Made by a program: the position numbers and the translations under genes | Part shown: piece by piece, positions 11,201-20,027 of the stretch | Position numbering within the stretch: the stretch's first letter is position 1 | Layout of the letters: each line of letters starts with the position of its first letter | DNA from: Vitrella brassicaformis CCMP3155 | Taxonomy: Eukaryota > Protista > Chromerida | Direction of reading: 5' to 3' | DNA length: 22,337 nucleotides | Assembly: GCA_001179505.1 (NCBI GenBank) | Contig: CDMY01000774.1 | Coordinates: 1-22,337 of the forward strand | The notes under the pieces: model-generated | The model's database searches: none | What the model was told of the DNA's origin: nothing | The model's input: the letters and a program-made list of their open reading frames with translations, nothing else

Positions 11201-13000
11201 TGACCGAAAAGATCAATACATCGTCGTAAGGCCAGGCTCATGGGTATGGCTCTCTGTTCACCGCGCTCGGTCTGTTGTGCCAGGCGTTGAGAATCTCGAG
11301 GAGATTGGCGAGCTTGAGGTCTTTTCTCCTCTCATACAGCCGTCCGAAGATCACCAACAGCGCCTTGGTGGCGCTGTCAGAGTCGAACTCGCTCAACTCC
11401 CTGTGCAGCTCCAGCAGCAGCCCCGGTGATGGCTGGGTCATCTGGTTGGTGTGGTTGGCAGCCATCCGACATAGGTGTGAGAAGACAGGCAGCTGTGCGG
11501 CGGATAGGGCGCCGTAGAGGCGCCGCAGGTGGTGAAAGAATCGGACGAGGCTTCTCGTGTCGTATCTGGCCGACTGCGTCTCCGCCAGGACTGCATCGAC
11601 GATTTTCTCGAGGGCTGGGTCGTCTTTCTGCGTGACGATGGCCATCAGAGATGCCAGCTGATCCATCGACTTATCTTCGACAGCCAGGGACTTGGTCAGC
11701 TCACCCTGGCAAGTCCTTATCAGCATGGTGATAGCTCTACCCACCATTTCTCGCGCTTCGCTCGGCTCCCCCTCTCGCAGCGGGTGATGCCTGAGCCACT
11801 CCTGGCACTTGGTCAGGGCATGCACAACAGCCGCCTCCTCGGCCTGACGCATTCTTCTGCTCGACAGCCTCCGGGACAGTACCGACAGGAGGACGTGAAC
11901 ACTCTGCGACTCGGGGCGGTGCTGTATGAGGCGAGACAACGTCGAGATGATCAGGTCGGGGGATGGGGGCTGGAGAGCCGTGTTCGCTGCGCGAACGATG
12001 GCCTTCTCGAGCACATCCAGGTGTTCTGCTTGGACTTGGTTGGTGGAGCAGAGTGCCGACAGAGTACCGACTGCCGCCTCGAAGGGCATCTGGGGCACGG
12101 CTCGCATCACGGTGGGGAGCATCTCCATCGCCCTGATGAATAGAGAATCCCGCAGACAACCACAAATGTGGATGGATTTGTATCTCTCTTCCCCTCCAGT
12201 GGCGACCTGTGCTCGAACCCCATGTTGAAGAGTCGATTGAATGTCAAGGATAGCTGCTTTGGGTTCATGATCTTCACGACTCGGGGCAGGTTCTCGTCCA
12301 TGAGACGCTGGAAGGCCCTGTCGTCCTCACAGAGCATCCGCCACTGCTCGCCTGTGCTGGTGCCGAGTGGACACGTGCGGTGTAGCACATTGAGGAAGTC
12401 CACAGTGTCGTCAGCATTCAGGTAGCGGCCGTGTTCGGCATAGAGCTGGAGAAGGCGACGGGTCGTATCTGAGCTCCGCACTGGACGGAAGGCTGACAGA
12501 CTCCTCCCCATGGCGCTCTACCAACAACCATACATCGCAGACGTGAATTGCAAGAAGGCCATCAGTGTCTGTGCGCTTCTCACCGTCCTTATCATCTTGG
12601 CCATGACTTTGGCGCAACTGCCAGATCTGGTGACCCAAGCTTCCCTCCGAGTAGACGTTTCACAGACGGAGAGCCCTCAACCAATAGAAGAAGGTGCGAT
12701 GCCATCGCTGCGGAAGTGCTCTCCGTATACAATGGAGCCCGCGCTCCTTGCTCGCCTTTTCCCTCTCCCTTCACGGTTTCGTCTCAACAACCTGCCGCCG
12801 GCGCCCTTGCTGCTGCCTGTGCTCCGTACGGGACGCCCGGGCATCTTCAGCCCAGCGGCGCCGGGGAGCGTTGTCGCTAAAGTTTCCATCTGTGACGTAC
12901 CAACGTTTGAGGACCGGACGATGTACTGCTGGAACAGATCTCCGTGCAACAGCTGGCCCAAAAGGGTGAGATGATCATACACACACAAAGACGGATTCCA
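8294..13000 (-). CDS. Large helical-repeat (OPR/HPR-like) protein with C-terminal RAP-like domain; putative organellar RNA-binding protein (both ends approximate)
   Basis: Phase-consistent exons link the long ORFs (11262-12132, 10606-11199, 9416-9489, 8634-8896, <=8576 and others) into ~1,100+ aa. OPR-like motif IPS|IGAILWSFAALDYLPLDVLL at 9416-9489. RAP-like C-terminus PFRADIAS...GGVALRQRLLEAMGWR|PIDV. Exon structure above ~12.5 kb is unresolved. The stop is at 8294, or near 8225 if one more exon is used. Confidence 0.78.
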
Positions 13001-13341
13001 CGCATCTCACGCTGGTTTGCATTGAGCTTTGTTCCGGCGATTGTCAGGCGAATAGGGGTGCCCGTCCCACGTGTCGGTTCATGCGGCGCATTCGACGGCG
13101 GCTGAGGACGGGCAGGGGATTTCACTAGCTGCTCGGCCGCTCAAACTACGGTGGAGGGAGGGGCGGGACACTTTGATGGATTATGGAGGTTCCTCAAGAG
13201 CAGACTGATGCCGATGTGATCCATTTGTGTTTAGTAGTCCAAGTAGACAGACGCGCCTCCGGAGGAGACCGTTTGACGTTCCTGAGATGGTTCTCTCTCA
13301 CATGCCTATCGTCTCTAGGGGTCGATGCATTTTGTATGCAT

Positions 13342-13484
13342 GGTCAAGTCTCTCCGTCACGGTCAAGTCTCTCGGTCTCCATTTGTGTGCAATGGCTTTC
13401 AGCTTGGCATTCTGGTTGTCCTGGTCATTGGGATGTCCGTGCTGGCGTTAAATCAGTGGGATGTCCGTGCCGGCGTTGAATCAG
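13342..13484. repeat. Two short tandem duplications (19 bp x2; 28 bp x2)
   Basis: 13342-13360 vs 13361-13379 (2 mismatches). 13429-13456 vs 13457-13484, TGGGATGTCCGTGCYGGCGTTRAATCAG (2 mismatches). Confidence 0.85.
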
Positions 13485-13841
13485 CTGCAGATAGGCTGCA
13501 GATGGCCACTTCCCGACCGCCACCCCCTTCACGTCTCCCTCCTCTCACACCCTCTTCTTGCTCGGGCTGGCCCCACTGCTGCTACTGCTACTGGCGATGA
13601 TCTCCTGCGCTTGGTAGCGGCCTGGGGATTCGCCTTCTTCGATGACGTGGTGGTCTGCGGCTCGAGGTCGAGGTGCGTGGGGCAGTTGCCCACGCATATC
13701 AGCACCTCCTTGTGCGGGCACTGTTAAGGTGCCCACACAGTGGCATCGTTCACTCACTGAATGGTCTAGCATAGGCGTCAAGAAGCTCAATGCAACAGGA
13801 TGCTGAGGCAACCGCAAATAATATCACATTGCAAACACATT

Positions 13842-14899
13842 TCAGGTCTGGTTGAACGGATTCTCCGGCGCCTTCTTCCACTAAAGAAGAAGCCACATGG
13901 ACAGTCACAACTTTTGATTCTCTGACTGCGTTCCCACTATCGGTCCCACCTGCTTCCAAAGCAGCTGTTGCAACTGTGATCTCTTCAAGCTTGGATTCTG
14001 CATGGCCATGCACGCATCAACCGACATCCATGACTGAATGCGTCTGAAGAGTTGAGGGCGGACCTCCTGCTGCAGCCTTGGCATCCATTCGTCCTCGTAC
14101 GCCTTGAAAACCTGGACGCATCACATGAGTTACATGCATCACGAAACGTCGAGCTCTTGTCTCGCAGCGACTCACCGCTTTGACTCGCCTCTCAGGATGA
14201 AGATCGGTGGCAACCCCAGCAGATGAAGCACCGACAGAGAGAGCAGAAACAGCCTCGTCCAGACCGCTTGCCTCCACAACGATGTCACCCCTCTCCTCTG
14301 CCTCGAGCTGCTGCTGACGCAACAACTGGTTGATGTTGGGCTCCAGGGGCATCTCGTCGACCGTCTGGTCAGAAAAACCGAAGGTCAACCATCCGGTGCC
14401 TCTGCTCCACTACCTACCGTCGGTTTGGTGCTTTCAGCATGAGGTTTGGCAGCGGCGGCAAGCAGAGCACGCTGAGCTATTTCGGCACGAGTCATTTTCT
14501 TGACTGGATTTGCCTGAGAGGACACGGCAATTGCACAGTCAGGCCAATCACAACTCGAATGGTGTTCTCTCGCTCCGGTACCTTCTTGCCCAGCTTGCTC
14601 ATGGCTCTCTCCTCTGCTTCCAATAGCTCCTTCTTCTCCATCTTCCGCCTGTTCTGCTCTTGGTTCCGTTGCTCGGTGGCCTCCTTTCGTTCTCTGATGC
14701 GCGTCGCTGTCTTGTCATCATCTCTCCAGTACTGCGATAGAAGAGGACAGATTGAGCGTTGTGCCAGTGTAGTGCCTGCCCAGTCCTCTCTGACCTCATC
14801 CTCCCTCCTCGCCTGCTCCGCGGCCACTTTCTCGGCTTGTGCAGCCGCCTTACGGCTTCGGGCCTCCACGGCTTTCTGGTTCACGCCAAGGTTGGGCAT
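13842..14899 (-). CDS. CCDC124: Coiled-coil domain-containing protein 124 (Lso2/Oxs1 family, ribosome-associated factor), 7 exons, 224 aa
   Basis: Exons 14795-14899, 14582-14731, 14418-14513, 14176-14364, 14064-14111, 13950-13997 and 13842-13880 (675 nt, all phase 0). Family motifs: MPNLGVNQKAVEARSRKA, YWRDDDK, LEPNIN, DLHPERRVKA|VFKAYEDEWMPRLQQE|NPSLKRSQLQQLLWKQ|WKKAPENPFNQT*. Confidence 0.95.
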
Positions 14900-15077
14900 G
14901 ATAGGCTGCAGAAGTGAAGGACTTGGCCGAGAGGACTTCAATGCCGAGGACTTCGGGCAAGACCGTTCCCGTTAGGACTGGTATTCCGTCAAACCCTTAA
15001 AGAGACGGTCGTTCTTGATCTAATGTGATGGGATGACGTTTTAGGCGTCTTCATTGATTCGAAGGCCGAGCGCATGT

Positions 15078-15795
15078 CACCCCGTGCAAGCCTCCTCCCC
15101 TGGATTTGAATCTTTTTAAAATTACTCCCCCTTTTTATAATTTCAGTTTCGAATTTTCAAAATTACTCCTTTGATTTTTTGAGGGGTTTGCGAAGTTTTA
15201 AAATGGAGATGGCTGGTTTGGAGGCGGCGAAGTGAAGAGGGTTTAAACGTGTTTTCAATGGCTAAAACAAGCCTCAAAATAGCATTTCCTGCCCCACTCC
15301 CAGGCCCCCCCCNNNNNNNNNNNNNNNNNNNNNNNNNNNNNNNNNNNNNNNNNNNNNNNNNNNNNNNNNNNNNNNNNNNNNNNNNNNNNNNNNNNNNNNN
15401 NNNNNNNNNNNNNNNNNNNNNNNNNNNNNNNNNNNNNNNNNNNNNNNNNNNNNNNNNNNNNNNNNNNNNNNNNNNNNNNNNNNNNNNNNNNNNNNNNNNN
15501 NNNNNNNNNNNNNNNNNNNNNNNNNNNNNNNNNNNNNNNNNNNNNNNNNNNNNNNNNNNNNNNNNNNNNNNNNNNNNNNNNNNNNNNNNNNNNNNNNNNN
15601 NNNNNNNNNNNNCCCCCCCCCCCCCCCCCCCCTCCGGGTCATCGCCTAAAGTTCTTGAAAATTTCTCCTCGAGTTCTTATTTATTTGCGTTTTTTTAAAT
15701 ATTCTTCGCCGGTTTGCCGGTTTTAAATATTTTTTTCGGCACATTTGGGACGTTTTAGAAAATGCCCCATCAGGGGAGGAGGCTTGCACGGGATG
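15078..15795. mobile_element. Non-autonomous DNA transposon (MITE), hAT- or P-like: 25-bp TIRs, 8-bp TSD
   Basis: Left TIR 15078-15102 CACCCCGTGCAAGCCTCCTCCCCTG. Right TIR 15771-15795 reverse-complements to CATCCCGTGCAAGCCTCCTCCCCTG (24/25 identical). Exact flanking direct repeat GCGCATGT at 15070-15077 and 15796-15803. AT-rich interior with a central poly-C/N gap. 5'-CA ends with an 8-bp TSD fit hAT or P superfamilies. Confidence 0.9.
15313..15612. other. Assembly gap (300 N) flanked by poly-C runs
   Basis: Ns at 15313-15612, with C8 at 15305-15312 and C20 at 15613-15632. Confidence 0.99.
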
Positions 15796-16049
15796 GCGCA
15801 TGTTCGACTAGATCATGTGGAAGGCGCAAGACAAGGGCTACCTCAACCGCTGGCTCGCCGGCACCACCGGATCGATGCCGGATTCTATGATCTTATTCGC
15901 TTTCACAGAAGCATGGGCGACCAGCTAGAGTCGGCAATGTATAGTATTCGCACGCAGGCAAAGGCACAAGCAATCACGGAAACACAAGCGCACCACACGA
16001 CATGAATGACAGCAGCAGCCCGACACGCCGGATTCGATGGGTGAGGCTT

Positions 16050-16410
16050 CATATGCCTGTATCCCCGGAGAGGAGATCAAGTTGCGGGCAGAGAGAGATT
16101 TGTGAGACAGGGAGAGCTGTCGCGTGCGGCAAGACGGCTGAAGGCCAAGGTCGCTCCAGCGACGGCGGAGACACTCCAGCGGCTCCGCTCCCCACAAAGC
16201 CGCAGCCCCAGGACGGCCCGGATGGACCGCCCCTTCCTCTCACGGTCCCGCCCAGATGTTCTACTGGCGGCCGGCCGTATGGGATGGCGGCATGAGCATC
16301 TTCGTGCCTGCAGGGGAGAGGGTAACGCCTCGGCGGAAGACAGGACCGTCCCTCTACCCTCCCTTGTCAACCTGATGCTCGCTGGGAACATGCCGGACAG
16401 CTGCACTACG
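16050..16410 (+). pseudogene. Degraded non-LTR retrotransposon fragment, CRE/NeSL-like (region just upstream of the RT core)
   Basis: Translates, with a frameshift near 16095-16101, to EEIKLRAER/FVRQGELSRAARRLKAKVAPATAETLQRLR...AAGRMGWRHEHLRAC...LPSLVNLMLAGNMPDS. From my knowledge of the family, this matches the GELSxAxxxL...APxTxETL, G-x-x-GWRxEHL and LVNLxLAG motifs that precede the RT domain in CRE-clade elements. I saw no RT catalytic YxDD motif downstream. Confidence 0.7.
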
Positions 16411-17893
16411 ACTCTTTCCGCCCGTCACCCGTATCACCTCCACTCACGCGCTCTCTCGCTCCCGTATCTTTTGCTGCATCAGCTCTTTTACTCATGCATT
16501 CCCTCCTTCTCCCCCGCGTCTCCTACTCTCTTGCTCTCTCTCGTAGCTATACATCCGCCTCCTCCGGCCGTCTCTGCGCATCAGGGTCTTGATCGGGGTT
16601 TGGCCTCGGGGAGGGGAGAGTTGTTGCAGGGTGACTCAATTCAGTGCATGAACTCACCCGAAATCCTCCTCTCTGACGGATAACGCTTCGCTAGAAAAGG
16701 GACGGAGGCCGGGGGCCCTCCGTAGTACAAAACAGTACGAAACAATGGGACATGTGAGTTGGGGATGTCATAACGGAATGCTGAGAGGGAAGCCGCGAGA
16801 ACAATTGGAGGGCTCGGCGAGTGTAGGATGGATTGGTTGCCCGGCGTATCGGACGGGAAGTGGACGGCGGCGTTGAGCTACGAACAGGAGGGAACCTCTA
16901 CAGGAGCGGGCAGGATGACTGTGTGGCAAAGACAAAGAAAGAAATGGCTGGTACCGACGCATGGCTCCCAGGATCAAACAGACGAAACAAACCCAGAAGT
17001 AAGGGCGCCCGAGAGGGGCAGCTGCCTGCGACTACCCCTGCCTGAACCAATGGAAACACTGCTTAGTGATGGTCTCTTGCCTTCTGCTCCGGGGCGGTCT
17101 CCCTGATGGAGCGGTGTCTAGTGGTAGCGTGTGACTGCTTTGAGTTTGAACGTCGGACACTACACAGACCTCCAGAGGGCCTGACTGGCCACACTGGAGC
17201 ATGAAATAGCTTCACCAAGCAACATTGAATCAAAGATGCAACGGTCCAACACCAGTTCAGTCACAATCGTTCAACACGAGGATGATTCTCACGATTCTGA
17301 CTCGATCTTCTTCGTGTTTTGTTCCTTCCCTAACTCACTTGCCATTTGGGGGGAAACTACCCCTACTTGAAGGCAACTACCTTCATATTAGGTTTCACGT
17401 CAACGGCTACCCGATGCTGCTTCAATTCTGGAACATAGGAGAGATGCTGGCATCGCCCTCCCTTCATCAGCGCAGCGGCATATCATCAGCAACGAGGCGA
17501 AATGTCCTTCTACGTCATGTTTCTTCCTTGTGTTCACTTTCCATGTGTCATTTCATGCCACCCTGTAGCACTTCTATCTCTGACTTTCTGAACTTTGACA
17601 CTGATGGTGAGTGGCTGTCTGTCTATCCACTCACTCTGGACTTGCCATGGCCCTAGGGCTTCTGAGGGCTCTCTGTAGCCTCCCTAGTACGGCCATATCA
17701 ACCACCGATCGTTTCATGCAGAGGACCACCCCCGTTCTCCTGCATGCATCCTCTTACCATCACGGAGGGCTGCAGCGTCTAGAGCAGCGACTCGCCGAGG
17801 GCGGCGTAGCTAGGCAAGGGGGACGACAGCTGTCGGTGTCACATTTCCCGAAAACAAACGAAAGAAGGCGGAGGTGCAGTCGAGAATCAGAGT

Positions 17894-18066
17894 TAGGGAT
17901 GTCGAAAAACGGAATATTCCGCCCGTTTCGGCATGGAGAAATTGATTTTCTCCCTGGAGAAAGTGAATTCCTCCCAGAAGAAAATAGTTTTCTCCCTGAA
18001 GGAAATATGTTTCTCCCTGTAGAAAACAACTTTCGCCCTGAAGTGTCTAACGGCTCGACATCCCTC
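17894..18066. mobile_element. Small hAT-like MITE (~173 bp) with Ac-like termini and an internal 21-bp tandem array
   Basis: TAGGGATGTCGA at 17894-17905 and TCGACATCCCT(C) at 18055-18066 form an 11-bp perfect inverted repeat. The TAGGGATG start resembles the maize Ac/Ds TIR. No TSD is preserved (ATCAGAGT vs CATTTCGG). Confidence 0.6.
17926..18051. repeat. Six tandem 21-bp units, consensus TTTCTCCCTGNAGAAA-N5
   Basis: Units start at 17926, 17947, 17968, 17989, 18010 and 18031, with exact 21-nt periodicity and no spacers. Confidence 0.9.
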
Positions 18067-19528
18067 CATTTCGGATGACCAAAATCATCATTTTCCAAAC
18101 TTTTGCCTTATTTTCCCTACTTGTCGTATTTTCAGTGCTTCTGACCACTCCCAGCCTTTTGGCCGTCTGTGCCCTTCCAATCTCATCACTCACAAGCCAC
18201 CACCTCCAAGGGAAGTCAATCAACATCAGACCGTGACTGGTGAGGTTCGTGTCTCATCACCTCTCCTCACCTCAGGCACACACCAAGGATTCCCTGCCCG
18301 GAGAGAGGAGCCATCCCATTGAGCCTAAGGCACAGGGCGTGTCTGACGACAGTCAGTTGCCCACTCGAGGGAAGCCAAAGCAGCCAAGTCCCAAGGCGTC
18401 GAGACGTGTCGAAGGTCAAACACACAGGGCTTTGTTGTCGTGATTCATTGGCTGTCGCAGGTGTGTGTGTCAGTCGTGTCAGAGTCTTGCGTTGCCAGCA
18501 AGTGTGACTCAGTGCTGCGTGTCAACTCTTTGTGACGTTGTGAGATCTCGTTCCTGTCTTCCTGTTGGTGTGCCTGTTGATTGAATCGGTGAGTGTCTCC
18601 CATCAGGTGTGGTGTCTCAGCGCATCGAGTAAACGCTATCTCTATAGCGTGAATCACATTAAACCGGCCCCCTTCACACGGGCTTGGGTGGAGGCTGCCA
18701 TTGGCGGCCCGTCGGTGGTCTCACACAGGGAAGCCCGAGAGCCGGTAGGGTGCAGAGTGAGTGTTGGTGGGGTCATGTTGTGAGTCAGGTGCGGACAACA
18801 CACTCAGACACGCCGTCCACCGGTCCATCGAAGCGTATGAGTATCTCGCGGATAAGACCCTCTATCTATCCTCTATCTAGCCTCCTCCCCCCTACTGATT
18901 ACTATACATCGAGGAGAAACGCATGGGTTTCTCTGCTTTTGAGGGTTTTTTCACACACGGTAACTTACTGTTTGTCTCAATCTTCCCCCTCCCCCCCATC
19001 ATGTATCGTAAGCACAGGTCTGCAAAAAAGACCTGCCACTTGGGATGTGCGCGACAGCAAAATAAAGAAAGGCAGGCACAGGGCGGGGCAGGTAGGAAAA
19101 GGCGATTGGAAGGGAAGCGTGAAGAGAAGCACGAAGGGAGACAGACTGGGATAGAGGGAGGGACCACAACATGAATGCTACACCACCGGTATCCCACCGC
19201 TACTGGTGCGCCACAAGCAAAGGCGAGGAGCGGCGGATCGGCTCCAACAGACCTTTAGCAGTAGTCAGACATCTCTCGCACATCTATCCTTCTGACCCAT
19301 ATTTAGCTGACCCGCTCAACATGCCCTGTACGCTGTATATACACTCACTGCATTCCCATCCGTCGACGTATCAACTAACAATAAAACACGCAAGGACACA
19401 CACAAGCATGGGCACGACAAAAGCTGTGTGCTCAGATGCTATGGATGCACGAATCAATGGCGCACACACATGAATACGGGGAGACCCGCATAGCGGAACA
19501 CACATGTGGGAGCATATGTGTATAATCG

Positions 19529-19771
19529 GCTCACGTGCAATAGAAGAGATGGCGGCAACGCGGCCAAACGAAGCATCAACACCAGGCAAACACAGGATCG
19601 CTCAGACGAGTAGATCTGCGTGCCAGAATCCTCCATGACAGCCATCCGCTCACCGTGCAATAGGGAGAAAGCGGCAATGCGGCCAAACGAAACATCAACA
19701 CACCTACCAGGCAGACACAGGAGTGCTCAGACGAGTAGATCTGCGTGCCAGAATGCTGCGTGACGGCCATC
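19529..19771. repeat. Diverged tandem duplication of ~120 bp (two copies)
   Basis: 19529-19647 and 19648-19771 share the block GCTCAGACGAGTAGATCTGCGTGCCAGAAT exactly, plus GTGCAATAG, GCGGCCAAACGAA and GCCATC, with small indels. Confidence 0.9.
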
Positions 19772-20027
19772 ATCGCCTTCAATCGGTCTGTGGTCGACGT
19801 GCTCTCTTCTGCCTGTGACCCCTGACTCATGGATACTGACCTTTTGCAGCCCCCTCCCCCATTCAAGGGGGAGGGGGCGACATTGCGTCGTCCGATTCAC
19901 CACCTCCCCTCGCTGTCCGTGCCCTCTCTTCAGATCACACACAAGTGCAGCCGATTTTTGGTTTCTCGGCCAGCATTGTCGTTCACGAGCAAGCACCTCT
20001 TCATTCGGCTTCCCCAGATCTTCAGGA

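Noticed and set aside
5707-14899. Functional cluster of mitochondrial/ribosome genes (rhomboid, RAP, CCDC124)
   Set aside because: Adjacency of three unrelated housekeeping genes in mixed orientation is expected by chance in a compact eukaryotic genome, and CCDC124 acts on cytosolic ribosomes.
15249-15698. ORFs spanning the N run
   Set aside because: Artefacts of translating Ns and poly-C/G inside the MITE.
17926-18051. CRISPR-like array
   Set aside because: Units are contiguous 21-mers with only 5 variable nt, there are no unique spacers or cas genes, and the context is eukaryotic. It is a tandem array inside inverted repeats.
17611-18098. 155-aa and 112-aa ORFs with FLPxE heptad repeats
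   Set aside because: Openness on both strands is explained by the 21-bp (in-frame) DNA repeat within inverted termini. There is no recognisable domain or splice context.
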